The position numbers were made by a program, and so were the translations under genes. From NCBI RefSeq assembly GCF_028641065.1, contig NC_073383.1, positions 64,046,001 through 64,110,000 of the forward strand: DNA of 64,000 bases. The letters run 5' to 3'. This DNA comes from Leucoraja erinacea. Taxonomy: Eukaryota. The notes under the pieces are model-generated. The model ran no database searches, was not told where the DNA came from, and saw only the letters and a list, made by a program, of their open reading frames with translations. Below, piece after piece: positions 11,946-25,830 of the stretch (position 1 is the first letter of the stretch; each line of letters starts with the position of its first letter).

Positions 11946-14142
11946 TAATCCGTGCACCGAGGCACCTCCCACAGTCAACCTCAGAAGCCTCAGAGCACAG
12001 GAGATGAGCCCACAGCCCGCTTACCAGCATCGATCCCCTGCCATCTATGGATGCTGGAATCTAGAACAAAATGTAAAGTGGCAGAAGTACTCAGCGAACA
12101 GCAACTGTGCAAGTCCTGACGCAGGATCTCAACTAGAAACCCAGATTTTCTCCTTTTACCTCCACAGATGCCACTTGAACCAATCGGTTCTCCCGGCGGC
12201 CTGCTTAATTTTTGTTTGAGATGATACAACTCTTCTGCTGACTGCAAAAAATATTTTCTCCTCCAAGATTTTTAGATCTCTATGGCAATGCCAGCTTCTG
12301 TCAGGGACCTTTGGTGTCAGAAGCTATCATCAAAGTTACTCACCACCCAATCTCAGTAAAGAATTTTTACAGACAGGAAATAAGGAAGCGATTTTTAATT
12401 ATCTTTTTAAACATTTATGCAGAGCTCTAAATAAAGATTGGAATATTCAAGTGCAAGTTGATATAACTAAAAATAAAATTATTACTCACTTTGTTCGGAA
12501 ATATTCATGCAAATAAATGACAATACGCTTACATAAAATTACTATGTTACAGCAAGATAGTTTGTTAAGCAGCATTTATGGTTTAAAAACTCAATAAAGA
12601 ATTTATGTTTTAAAATGTTCACATTTTTTACAATGGGACGTGTGAACGGCCTCGATTTATACAAAATCTGGTGATAACACGAAGGTGCTGAAAAAGGATG
12701 CACAACACCAAGTCAAGTCAAGTATTTATTATAGTATGCAGAAGAATGATGAGGCACCGGTACAATGAATATCTTTCTTGCAGCAGCATTGTCATCAATG
12801 AATGCAAAATGAGTACAAAGGCTGTATGTGAATGGAGGTGAGATGGGGAGTTACAAAAGCAAACAAAGTAGGTTTACTATCCTTAGTACTGTATATCCTG
12901 GACTATTAGATGTGCTATTCCAAATCAAGATAAGATGCTCAATTGAGTCCTCCATTACAGAAAATAAAGACAAAGTTGGATGGTGCTGATTCAGAAATAA
13001 CATTAGAACTTTGGGCCTTGCATCATAGCAATATCATTTAAAAAAATTCAGTCCAAGTCCACCATTCACATTCAGAAGAACAAAAGCAAGTCGGATGAAA
13101 AAATCATAGTCAGTGAGAGGTAAAAGGTGGCTTCTGCCCACTCTCCATTCCTTCCCACTAGGTCTCAGAGAGCTTTATCTTATAGGTTTTGACATTCTTG
13201 TACTCCAATTACTGATATGAACGTGATCCTCCTTGTGAATGTATTTGGAAGATAAAATACGTTTTGAAATCTGAATGATTGTGAATGATTGTCTACCGGG
13301 AGATGTTCTTAAAAGCATTTACCTTTTATTTTCCCTACAAGAACTACTGCCCTACTGCTGGGGCAAATTCCCACAAGGAAAGCAGGAATTTGTTAGTCAG
13401 ACCAATTTGTCCACCTTCACTTATCTGACTGATGATGCTCTGCAGAATGTGCTTTGGAAAGTTTCTTTCCAAAGCACTCTTATTCTCTGAGACACATATG
13501 AGAAAAATAATTGTGACAGTATATTGCAAATCAAGCAACAATAGGCACATGATCTGAACAACATGTAAAACGACTGTCTCCCTAACAAGTTTCACGGACT
13601 CAGTTAAACTAGATCATAATTCCAAAATCGGAATCACTGTTCTACTCAGAAAATATAAATCTATTTAATCTGATCATCAATTCTGTGCTTACAATAGCAA
13701 ATCCTTGTTACCGAGCTAAACAGCACAAAAATTAATGTATTAGCCAGGTTTAGTGGATGACCTTTAATGGTGTTATTTAAAAAGACACAGGATTTAAATG
13801 TTATGTGGTTTTTAGGAAGTGCCTCTGTTTTAGTGTCCATAATTCTCAAATCTGATGTCTTCGCATCCAGATAATAGTCTGACAGTTACAGAGAGTTAGA
13901 TGTGGAATGAGCTCTTCGAGTTACGCATCCAGAGCCTTTCCACATCAAGAGAGCGTGCTGTGTTCTGAACAGTGCGATGACCTTGAGTTCATTGGATACG
14001 CGATTGCAATTGTGTAGAAGTGAGAATTATCCGGACTGCTGAAGGTGTTGTCTTTTGCCTGATATTGAGTCTATGTAATTAATTGGGAGACAGACTGACA
14101 GTGGGCATTATCCCACACCAAATGTAATACAAGCATCAGTGA

Positions 14143-14400
14143 GCAGCACGGTGGGGCAGCTGGTAGTGCTGTTACTTCACAGCACCTGAGACCTGGGTTC
14201 AATCCTGACCTCGGATGTTTCCTCCGGGTGCTCTGGTTCCCTCCCATATCCCAAAGGTGTGCAGGTTAATTGGTCTCTGTAAATTACCCCATATTGTCAG
14301 AAGTGGATGAGAAAGTGGGATAACTTAAACAAATGGTAACAGGTGATCAATGATTGGCATGGACTTGATGGCCTGTTTCAATGCTGTGTCTCTAAACTAG
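14143..14400 (+). mobile_element. Diverged V-SINE, followed by a degenerate Penelope-like fragment to about 14520
   Basis: gcagcacggtggggcagctggtag, gggttcaatcc, ctctaaac end. Confidence 0.65.
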
Positions 14401-15000
14401 GTCAGTGCCCTTCTTCAAACTAATTCTATCATCCAGAAGAAAGATTGTGGCCTGAAATGCCACATTCTACTTGACCTGAGGAGTTCCTCCAGCACTTTGT
14501 ATTTTACTCAAGATTCAGTTTTTGTGTAGACAAAACACATGGATTTCTGTAAAACCTTTCACACCCCTTTCAGAAAAACCTATAGCACATTATAGCCGCT
14601 TTCAGGAAAACCTATAGCCAAGGAAGTAATTTCCTTTTCAATTACTGTACAATCATCACTGTAATGTAGAAATCGTGACAATCAACTTACTCTCTGCAGA
14701 CTCTCACTAACAGTGTAGTGGATTTGTTTCAGGAATATTGATTAATGGTCCGGTTCCAGGAATAATATACCTTTTACATCTGAAAAAGCATACAGCACCC
14801 ATGTTTACCATTTTATCTGAAAGGGAGTGCTTTGTGAGTGCTGCTTCCCCTCCGTACACACACAACTCAAAGGGTAGCATTTAGCATGAGGGAAGATTGT
14901 TGTCCATCGAAACACAGCTGACATCTCATAATGTACACAGACCATATTTCAGATCAATTTTTAAAATATTTTGGAAATTGTATACAAATTGTTTCACAAG

Positions 15001-15274
15001 TTTAGTTTAGAGATACTGCAACGGCCCACCGAGTTCACGCCGACCAACAATCGCCCATACACTAGTTCTATCCTGTACACTAGGGAAAATTTACAGGAGC
15101 CAATTTACCTACGAAGCTGCAGGTCTTTGGAATGTATGCGGAAACCGGAGAAAACCGACGCGCTCACAGTGAGAATGTACAAACTCCGTACAGACAGCAC
15201 ACGTACTCAGAATCGAACTCGGATCTCTGCTGCTGTAAGGCAGCAACTCTACCGCTGCGCCACTGTGCTGCCCC
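15001..15274 (-). mobile_element. HE1-type SINE
   Basis: tttagtttag tail; antisense head ctctaccgctgcgccactgtgc. Confidence 0.8.
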
Positions 15275-17317
15275 TTGTGCCATTGTGCTGCTCCTTTTAA
15301 ATGTCTACTATTATTTATTTGCTCAGATTTAAACCTTCATTGTTCATACATCCAAGTGTTTAACAAACCAGCTTTGGTGTCATGCAGAATTACATAACAT
15401 TTTTATGGCACTGTTACAAGGCATTTGACGAGACTGGATTGAACTGGTGAAAATGCTCCACATAAATCTCCTCCCATTCCAATTCATCTAACCTTACTCT
15501 CATATTTTTGGCACTTGCCCTCAAAATTTACAGCTTCAACGTTAGTAAATTAAACCCAGAAAGAATCGAGACTTAATATTAGCTTCCAAATCTCTGCCTC
15601 AGTCGCTTCAGATAGATAGAACAAATTGGCAGCACATGCTAGCAGCCAGAGGTGCTGAGGGAAGACTCACTCTGTCAAACATGGAAGGTTTTACCAATCA
15701 AACTCAATTTGAAGACCTCATTCTGAAGGTTTTATTACTCACTGCGGAGTATAGACTATCATGGGATACTAACTTTTTCTTCAGTCCTTATGGTCCTATT
15801 GCCAATTTTATTCAGGCTAAACTGCTAATGATAACATGCTTTTAATTACTTTTTAAATGAGTGCTTTATTGGCCTGTTTTAGAAAGTAAATCAGTAAAGA
15901 AAAAGAAGTGCACAGTGAATCAAAAATGTGTTACTCATCAAAATAAATTTTCATTTTAAAAGGGTTTAAAATCAACCTGGCTCATTGACTCTGACAACCT
16001 ACAAGGACGCCCGGGTCTCCAGGGAATAGCTCCTCCTGAATACTCTTTGCTGCATGTAAGTTATAAGTAGAAACATATTAAGACATTGCAGCCATTCATC
16101 AGTTAACTTTTACTATCTGTACTCAGAGAAATGAGCCTCCCAGGAACTTCTCAAAGGATCTATTCTTTCATTAGCTAAGTAATATTGAGAGAGATGTTTA
16201 TGTCACCGTGTTAGAACTGAAGAGATTGATTACAGCTGAATTTACTTAAAGCTGCACCATCCACATTTTATCTAGATTTTGTTCTCTTTTTCAGATAGAT
16301 TGTAAAGTCCTGTACGACGCAGTTATCTACAAAGTTGGAGAAAATTGTTTTGGCTTTAAATTTATTTGAAAATTATAGAATTGCCTCACAAAGAACTGAT
16401 GGTAAGCAATCAAAACTTTCAAGCTATTGGCTAGTACGGTAGAGCTGAGAGAGAGAGAGAGGAAAAAAAAAAATCTAAAGTGGAATTAGTACTTGTACGA
16501 TAATTTGCCTTGTGCATGTTGGGTGGGAAGAAGGAAAGAATTACATGTTAATGGTTGTTTAATTGTCCTGTGTGACCCATTAAAAAGAGATACAGCAGGT
16601 TTATAACCTGGTTTTGTACTAAACCATGCTTACAGCCAAAATTATACACACAAAGTTCTGCATCATTTCCTGTACATCTGTTCCCTGCATTTCAGCATTT
16701 GATTTTTATACCAAAATCCAATTCAGTGGAACCCTCATTTAATGAACTCATGTTGGCAATAATGACATTTCATTAAAAAATGATTGTTATTGTATTGGGA
16801 GACCACTGCTACACTGGAATTTTAGTAGAAAATGTTACATTATTAAAGCAGTTTTACACTTGCTGAGCTCATATACTGATAGTGCAAACTTTTCAAAAAT
16901 ACCAATTTTGGAACATTTCTGCTATGAGCTATGAGCCACCCCTTATGAGCTAGGGGAGAGTAGGTAAAGTGGTATTAAGGTCCCTCCGCGCAAAAGTTGT
17001 GCTAGTCCACCAGGCAAGCATCCATCTGAATGCAGCGTGAAGATTTTTACCTACATTGTGAAATATTGATTAGATTTATACGAGCCAACAAAATCATGGC
17101 TAAAAGTCAGTTTGAGGTTTAAGCCTTTGATGACATGTTTGAGAGTGGAATGTACTGGTTTAACACAAACAAAAAAATAACATTGGGTATCATTAATCCA
17201 GTTATTAACTGTTTACATTTTACATGTGGAAAACTCTAATCTTTCTGATGGGAAAGAGAAAAAAAATCTCTGTGGGCAGACGACAAAGGGCATACGACAA
17301 AGGGCTGTTCTGCAGAG

Positions 17318-17628
17318 ATTTAGTTTAGTTTAGTTTACAGTTACAGCCGGAAAAAGGCCCTTCTCCCCACCGAATCTGCGCCGACCAGCGATCCCCGCAC
17401 ACTAACACTATCCTCCACACACTAGGGACAATTTACAATTTTACCAAGCCAATTAACCTACAAACCTGTACGTCTTTGGTGTGTGAGAGGAAACCAGAGC
17501 ACCTGGAGAAAACTCACGCAGTCACGGGGAGAATGTAAAAACTCCATACGTACTGCACTAGTCAGGATCGAACCCGGATATCTGGCACTGTAAGGCAGCA
17601 ACTCCATCACTGCACCACCGTGCCACCC
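17318..17628 (-). mobile_element. HE1-type SINE
   Basis: (TTTAG)n tail; ggatcgaacccgg is the antisense B box. Confidence 0.85.
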
Positions 17629-18619
17629 GAGCTGCCAGATTCTGAGTTACTCCTGCGCACAGTGTTTTTTAGAATATGTTATAAACCATTGTTGAAATTA
17701 AATTCCTAATAAAATAGAGAAACTTCATTATAAATTGGTTAAACTTGTAGAAGGAAAAGGTTGCAATGGTTAAAAAGAGAGGGGATTCAGTTGACTGCTG
17801 TTTACACAGTGCACATTCTGCCCTCTTCAGTCCGTTTGATAAAAGTACAATCACAAAGCAGACTAGCACAAGTCCCTCCCTCTCCTGTTCTCCTTTGCCC
17901 TATGGAAATTGCCCATTAATAGCAATTTTTGGCCAGTGTCCTTGACAGGAAACAGAACAGGAAATGATATAATGTTTCCAGAACTGTGCATTTCTCCCAT
18001 GCCCATCTGGTCCCTGTATGACCTTACAATTTACCAGGAAACTGTGAGGTGGCATGAACCTTAAAAGCTTTAAACATTTGAACTCTATTTTTTTTCAAGA
18101 ACAGTTCCTGTACAGTAAAAAAAAACCTCAGGAAGTTTATTTCAAAGCTGCCCAATGCACACAAAACATGTTAAAAGAATTTTCAGATAACACAAAAAAT
18201 GATTAAATTCAGAACTCTGGAAACGATAAACTTAATGATGTTGATATCAAAGTTCTTAGATAAAAAGCAGAAAAAATATGGGATATTACAATGTTTGTGG
18301 GGTTTTAAAATAGTTTAACTGTATGACGATTTAGCAGCCTCTGTGAGGTAGGGAACATTGAACATTTTAAAAGATTTTTGTAAGACATTATCCAGTCTAA
18401 TTCTTCCCACTGCATTTCCCAGCGCCTACCTTAAACAATATAATTTAATTAAATATGCTGGCTTGTTTTTGTGTCTCATTTTCTTGTCACCATTTTCTGT
18501 TCATTGTCATGATACAGAGAATTGGATTGTTTCCCTCCAGAAATCTTTCCAGCACTTGCTGAGAAAATGTCGACAGAGTGGAATGATTCCCTCATGGAAC
18601 ATCCGTACAATCTCCCCCC

Positions 18620-18621
<2 letters not shown>

Positions 18622-18669
<48 letters not shown>
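18622..18669. repeat. Poly-C homopolymer (about 48 nt)
   Basis: Seen directly. Confidence 0.9.
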
Positions 18670-20790
18670 ATGCAGTGCTCCCCTTCCTCCACCGAGTAAA
18701 TGTCTCTTAAAACTTTCTCCAGAAATGTTATCCTCGCATAACTAAATGGTTTTTGACAAAAAAAAAGAACCATTCCCAAGATTTGAGTGCAGCATAAGAC
18801 TCTGAAAAGCTGTGCAGGCATGAAGGGTTATGCTAGTAGTAATTTGAGTCCTGCTAAATTACAAGGAGGCAAAATAATATCATGGGACCTAAAGGATTTG
18901 AAGCAGAGGAACAGCACCAGATAAGATTAGGGATGTTAACTGTACAGTCATTAAAGGAAACCATTGAAACAGCAGCCCCCTTGTTCATATGCTCGTGTGC
19001 ACTACTGTTCTTTTCAGTATCAATAGGGTTAAAATGAACAAGCAAAGACCGAATTAGTGGATGAGGGGCTCTTGTGACACGATGACACTTGCACTGTGCT
19101 CTACAGAAGAGTGTAATGATAAAAACACCACAAAGGGAATGAGCATGAATTTTATTAATGACTAGAAGACAGTATGCAAAAACATCAAAGGTCCAAGGGA
19201 AGATTAATGACCCTGTGCAAGACTGTTTAATTACCTAGAGCTAATTAGATTCTTGACCAAATTTTTAATATCTGCATTTCTTGTAAAGCTTAATTGAGAT
19301 TCCCTAATATTTATCAATCTTTCAAAAATCCCTTAGTGAGCTGTTTTTCCTTCTGTTTATGACTTAGTTTACAGTCAATTATTAAATAAATAGCACAAAC
19401 ACTCACCAAAAACAGTATGTGCAGAGCACTTTATGCCTGTTTATTTTGACTAAAGGACCATCATTGGGATCTTTTGTATATAATGAAGCACTCCAGATAA
19501 TAAACCCACTAACTCTACTGTAAACAGAGCAGGAGCTATTATGTTATCGGGATTATGCTGAGGAACTTCTCATATGGTTTCTGTAAATTATCCAACTTGT
19601 TGGCCAGTTAATCCTTCTTCTGTTTACCTTGGTAAATCCCAGGCTGACTAGAATGGCATCATACGTTTACTGCAGCAGCCATTTCCACCCGGCATCTTTA
19701 ACTCATTCCTAACTAGTCTCGGGACTGATGGCAGCATTCAATCTTTTTGCTCTGTTTTATTGAGCCACAGAATGGTCCCTACAGTCAAGAGCTACCGTGA
19801 TTATTTCCTAACACTGGTTACTGAGGGGTCTGCCTGAGACCTTAGTTTAGAGTGACTTTTAGGTTGCTGTTTCACCAGTATGAATGTCATTACTTTTTTG
19901 TTGATTTCTATAGTAATAATGATAATTACGGCATGTTTTATGCTAGAATAAAGCAAAAAAAGTGTGTCATCCACACTTGAAGCAAAGCATGTTAATCTGC
20001 TCAAGCTATCTTAAAATATGTTGGATCATTCATTACTACTACCACCAGACTGGCCATTTTAGAAATGCTGGATTCTATTCTTTATTTACACCCTAATTGT
20101 TTCAGACAAATAATCTTTTTTTAGCTGTTAACTGATAACAAAAAATAATTTTATCACTGTTAAAGCTTCATTAGAGTTGCAGCTGCATTATATACATTTC
20201 CTTCATGGAGGAACACACACATTTACTACGTTTGCAGTGCAAAAACAAATGTGGGTTGTCACTGACAAAGGTGCCATTTGCTGAGAGCTGGGTTTAAAGA
20301 TGAGAGGAAAGGTCAAAAGGCACTTTAAGGCTTAATTTTAATGCATAATTCAGGTGATCCCTTTTGAATGATTTAGTTCAAGCATCACCTTTAAACGCAT
20401 TTGTTTTGCTCACATACAAAAGTGCATTCTAACGTATAGAATGGTATATGAATATCAGATGTAATGTATCAAGAAATAGTCAAGAGACAGTAACAAAAAC
20501 TAATATGTATAATTAAGGCATTTGAAAGCCTGTTTACACTTCTGCTGTAAATTCAGATTTGTTCCAGAATTTACAGCTGTTTTGTGTTTAAGCATACGGT
20601 TCCAAGGAGAATGTACATTTACTACAGTACTGTTTTGCATTCTGATGATATTTTAACCCTTTTCCATCAAGACTATATGAAATTAGAATATTCAATATGT
20701 GAACATTGCTTGCAAGGTTTTCACATATTGGCCAATCCTTATGGTCCTTGCATTATGTGGCATGCTGGATCATTTTTGAGGGCAGATAAG

Positions 20791-20920
20791 AATCAGTCTG
20801 AAGAAGGGCCCAACCCAAAACATTATCTATCCATGTTCTCCAGGGGTGCTGCCTGATCCACTGAGTTACTCCAGCATTTTGTATCTTTCCTTGGTAAACC
20901 AGCATATGTAGTTCCTTGTT
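20791..20920 (+). mobile_element. Penelope-like terminal repeat fragment
   Basis: cagtctgaagaaggg...ctgagttactccagcattttg...gtagttccttg. Confidence 0.6.
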
Positions 20921-23366
20921 GCCACAAGAATCGGCCACATTGTTTGGAGTTGCACATAGACCAGACGATGCAAGAATGGCAGATTCTCTTCCCCAAAATA
21001 TATTTTTGTAGAAAATGGCTTTTATAACAACATAGTCATTTTTCAACTACTGACTTTGATTAATTCATTGAATTTAATTTCAGTCAGATTGCTAGGATAC
21101 AAATTCATAATTAGCCTGGATTCAAACACAAAACTGAACCAAATGCAGAAATAAAAACAGAAAATGCTTAGCATTTCAGATAACATTTGTGTTAAAGTTA
21201 ATGTTTTGGTTTGAAGACCTTTGAATCATAATAATGATAAACTCCTATCACAACCTAAAATTCCAAATTGATAAATGAGCCACATTTTCCACAGATGATC
21301 AGTCCAGACATGATGGGCCAAACTGCCTGCTTCTATGTAAATTATCTCTCCTTCAATGGTTATACCTTAAAATAGCAAAAATTATATTTCATATTGAGAA
21401 CTAATTACCTGAAAACTTTCTGGAAAGCAAAATAGGATATTAAATTCATTCCACCGGACTATTAGAATTTTTTTTCTTTGTTTGTTTGATAAGTAGGGGT
21501 TTACTAAATGCTGGAGTAAGCCATGTACCTTTGAATCAGTACTGGTTTATTTTACCTACCTAATGATCTGTTGCATTGGTTGCACAGGTAATATCTCCAG
21601 CCACAATGAAGGACCAGGTGATCTGTCCATTGCTGTGCAATATTGAAGTTGTGTCAAGACGAGATAATTTTCGATTGTCATGTCCAACAACGTTTGAAAT
21701 CTATGAAAAATAATCAAACATAAACAGTATTATCGTTACCAGGTTCCAAACTTCTTGTACACTTCAAGGGGGTTTAATATCCTCTGGTCACATACAGACT
21801 AATGTGTTTGTGTAAAATCATTCTGTGTGCTGTTTCAGACAGAACAGGTTAATGAGTGCATTAACAAACGGCATACAAAGAGATTTTATGTAAACTGATT
21901 AACCAATACTCCACCAGAGGACAATAAACCCAGTTGAGATCGTACTGAAACAAGACCACTGCACTATGTTCATGAACACCTAATCATGGGAATAAAACGT
22001 CATGATCAGTGATACGTTTTGTGCAGCATTTATTCATTTCCATCATATTCTGCAACATTGAAAGCCATACATTTTCAGAATGTGCATGAGAAAATAGACA
22101 AGTTCAACCTGAATGCAATTCTGTCCTTCGAGATGAAGCCATTAGGTGTACTTAAATGAGCTGAGATACAGAGTGGGCAACTTAGAACATGGCATAAAAA
22201 AATATATCGGCAGCCCCTTCATCACAAGATGATTTTATAATCTGGAGCCTTGTAATGGATGGCATTCAGTATAATCAGATGGTATTGTTACCTTTAAAAT
22301 AGAATACACAAAACTACCCATAATTGGCCTCCAAGTGCCACTGGAAATCACTGACCCGCCACCTCCAGAAGATGCCAGCAGCTTTGGATAGCTGAGCTCC
22401 AGGAATGGAGACCTTCTCTGAGAAAATGCTAGTAAATGAGGAATGACGCAAAGTAGACAATGGCACCCATGGAATACTGGGCATAATCCATCTGCAATGC
22501 AATCTGAACAAATCGATGAAAGTGGGACCATAAGAATTTCATAGACAGATCCTTGTAGGGACAGGTCACTGAAGCTCCAATGTTGGATCATGAGACCAGT
22601 GATGACGGCAGTCTAATAAGTGGATCAGAATGTTTTTCAGTTTATTTCTAGAACATTGATGAGACTCATACAATGAGAACAGAAAAGCTCACATATTTCC
22701 TCAAATCTGGGGAAGTTGATAAGATCCAAACGATCATAAAATTTCACACTTTACATTACCATTGCAATTAGTGGCTTAGAAATTAGTCACTTGCAATATC
22801 TTTAAATGAACTATGGAGGGACACACTACATGTTGAACTCAACCTCATAAATTCACATCATTCACATCAATGGAACTGCATCTTGGAGACTATAAAAATG
22901 GTGCTGTTCTTTTTTTGAAGCACATTTAGCACTTTTCAACACTTAGCAATGGACTTCCTGTTTCTTTACACTGCTGTTTTTAATGCCAATTATCATGTTT
23001 GCATAGGCGACTGGCTGTTGAAAGTTCAGATGACAGAAATCCCAGACCATTTCAAACTGACATCGCACAAAGTACTTGAGAAACCATCATATATGTTACA
23101 ACAAAATGTGTTAAAAAAAAACCCTTATTAGTTTCTGATAAGAACAAGAAACAAATGCTAGAATAGGCCATTTGTCCTCTCAATCCTACTCTGCCAGGCA
23201 ATGTAAACGGAGAATATTGGAAACTGGCAGTTGATCAGGCAGGATCTGTGGAAAGAGAAATAAAGTTAACATTTTAGGGCTGAGACCAACAATATTCTTA
23301 AAAGTAATTTCATTCAGAGACGGTCTAATACTTTTAGTTATGACGTCATAAATATAAGGGAACACA

Positions 23367-23457
23367 AGGTCTGAAGAAGGGTCCCAATCCGAAACATCAC
23401 CTATTCTCCAGAAATGCTGTCTGACCTGCAGAGTTACTCCAGCTTTTTGTGTCTATC
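23367..23457 (+). mobile_element. Penelope-like terminal repeat with hammerhead core
   Basis: aggt-CTGAAGA-agggtcccaatcc-GAAA-ca-TC-acct. Confidence 0.6.
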
Positions 23458-24543
23458 AATGAATTCAGAAGAAACTTCGTAACTGGAGAATAACCAATAT
23501 GTTGAACCTGCTCCCACAAAAGAAAATGAAAACAAATAGAACTGATGCGTTTCAGCTAGGTAAACATATGAGAGAGAAAAAAAAAAGCTATGCTGATGCT
23601 ATGAGATGAGGAGGCATAGTCAGGGGATTATGTTGGGCATACATGCAAATATGGACCACGCTAGGCTGAATGGCATGTTTCTACATTTTTACATGCTTAC
23701 TTGAATGTTCTGAAAATATTATTTGATTATCAAAGCAAACATTTCAGACATCTCAGAAGAGATTTACACAATAGGTTTCAATGAGATTTCATTTCACATT
23801 CATTTAGATATAACATAAACGACATAATTGAGCCCTAAAATAAAATTCTACTGTCTTTCTCCTTATAAAGTCTGATTCACTGAACACAAGGGAGTTTGTT
23901 GATAAAATCTGAGTTTCGACAGTTAAGAACTATAGTGCATAGACCACGAACAAGGTTAACGCCTCTGGCAACTGATTGTTGTTTGAAAGTAGTTCAACCA
24001 ATTGGAAATGTCTGAGAATTGAATGATTAAGGGACAGAAAGAACTCTTTCACATAGTTCAGCTTTCTCCGAAATCATTTCAGTGCCAAGGTGCACATGCA
24101 TCGTCAATCTTTATCCCAGCCTGACATTCATTGGATGCTAATATGGGTGAGATTTCAAGAGATAAATGAGTCAAGGGAACTGTTTAAATTTGTTTTGATT
24201 TATTAATAGCCTACCATTTATTTTTTAAAAGTCCAGTCTGAAACTTTATCCTTTTTTTTCCTATTTGAACTCCTGGTGATACTTATAATTCCTAGAGATT
24301 ATGAACAAAAGTGTAGCAAAAACACCAAGAAAGACTAAAGATAACTCAAAGCAGTACGATGATGATAAATTTAGAGAAATAAAGCAGCTATCTTGCAAAT
24401 TTGATTTTAATTTGTTTATGCTAAATGGGACTTGGCTGCAAATTACAATACATAGATTTTTTTTGTAAATTTAATTGTTAAAGCTTTGAAATGTTAAAAA
24501 TCAGCTTAAAAAATTGAGATGTCCAAGATTTATGTGATCTCAC

Positions 24544-24890
24544 GCTCAATTGGCCAAATAATAGTCATAATGACACAGTGTGGAAACAGGCCCTTTGCTC
24601 CAACTTGCCCACACAGGCCAACATGTCCCAGCTACACTAGTCCCACATGCCAGCGTTTGGTCCATATCCCTCCAAACCTGTCCTATCCATGTACCTGTCT
24701 AACTGCTTCTTAAATGTTGGGATAATCCCTGCCTCAACTACCTCCTCTGGCAGCTTGTTCCATACACCCACCACCCATTGTGTGAAAAAGTTACCCCTTA
24801 GATTCCTATTAAATCTTTTCCCCTTCACATTTAACATATGTCCTCTGGTCCTCGATTCACCTAGTCTGGGCAAGAGTCTCTGTGCATCCA
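24544..24890 (-). mobile_element. CR1 3' fragment
   Basis: ORF 24637-24948 reads SRTRGH..RGNFFTQWVVGVWNKLP..FKKQLDRYM; homologous to 61250-61600. Confidence 0.85.
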
Positions 24891-25552
24891 ATCCAGATAT
24901 ACAAGCTACTTCTCTGGGATCTAAATCACATACACAAATTGATACCACACTGACCCAGGGATTAAGCAGCTGGTTGGAAATTCAAATGCATCTCATCAAA
25001 GGTGAAAGTCGCAGTGTCTACCTTTGGTTCAGTTTCAACAGTGGTCACAGACTAAACACATTGTGTTCGTCAGGACTCACCTGGCCCTTATCAGGCCCTC
25101 AGCTGCAACCAAGTGCAAGAACAAATAAAGATCGAGGACTATTTCCTGTTTGGTAAACAAATTTGGTCTTAGGTTTATGTTTCAAAGTAAGAAGTGGGCA
25201 CATGTAATTATGTTACAGCAAAGTGTACAATTTTGTTTGAGGAGATAACACCATTTGTTTGTTTCGCTTGCATCCAGTAAGCTTTTGCATGAAGTAGCAT
25301 GGGATAATGATCCAAATCATGTTTATTGCGGGATGGATTCTTCAACAGGTCTATTTGTGGGATAAATATTGTCGAGAATCATGTTTAGTCAAGGCTCTTT
25401 GAGGTTAACTCATAATGATGGATTCCAGAGTGTCTGGCTACTGTTTATTCAGAGGAGTCTCACATGCTGTGTACTTTTAAACTGATTCATTTTAGGCCAA
25501 TTAGAAATTTTCATTAAGTTTGGAGCTGATAGTGGAGCTGATGTGTTTAGAT

Positions 25553-25830
25553 GTGTAGGAAGGAACTGCATATGTTGGTTTAACCCGAAGATAGACACAA
25601 AAAGCTGGAGTAACTCAGCAGGTTAGACAGCATCTCTGGAGAAAAGGAATCGGTAACGTTTCGGGTCGAGAGCCTTCTTCAGACTAAGAGTCAGGGGAAA
25701 AGGAAGAGATATAGATGCTGATATAGGAAGATGAAAATGAATGAAATGAATGATACAAATGAATGGAAAATGTGCAAAAAAGTAACAATGATAAATGAAA
25801 CAGGCCATTGTTAGCTGTGGGCTCGGTGAA
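25553..25830 (-). mobile_element. Penelope-like terminal repeat
   Basis: gtaggaaggaactgca...aacgtttcgggtcgagagccttcttcagact; homologous to 42010-42240. Confidence 0.65.

Noticed and set aside
13322-13486. Exon-like segments here and at about 30140-30335 and 37595-37688 on the minus strand
   Set aside because: All three frames contain stops between the apparent splice sites.
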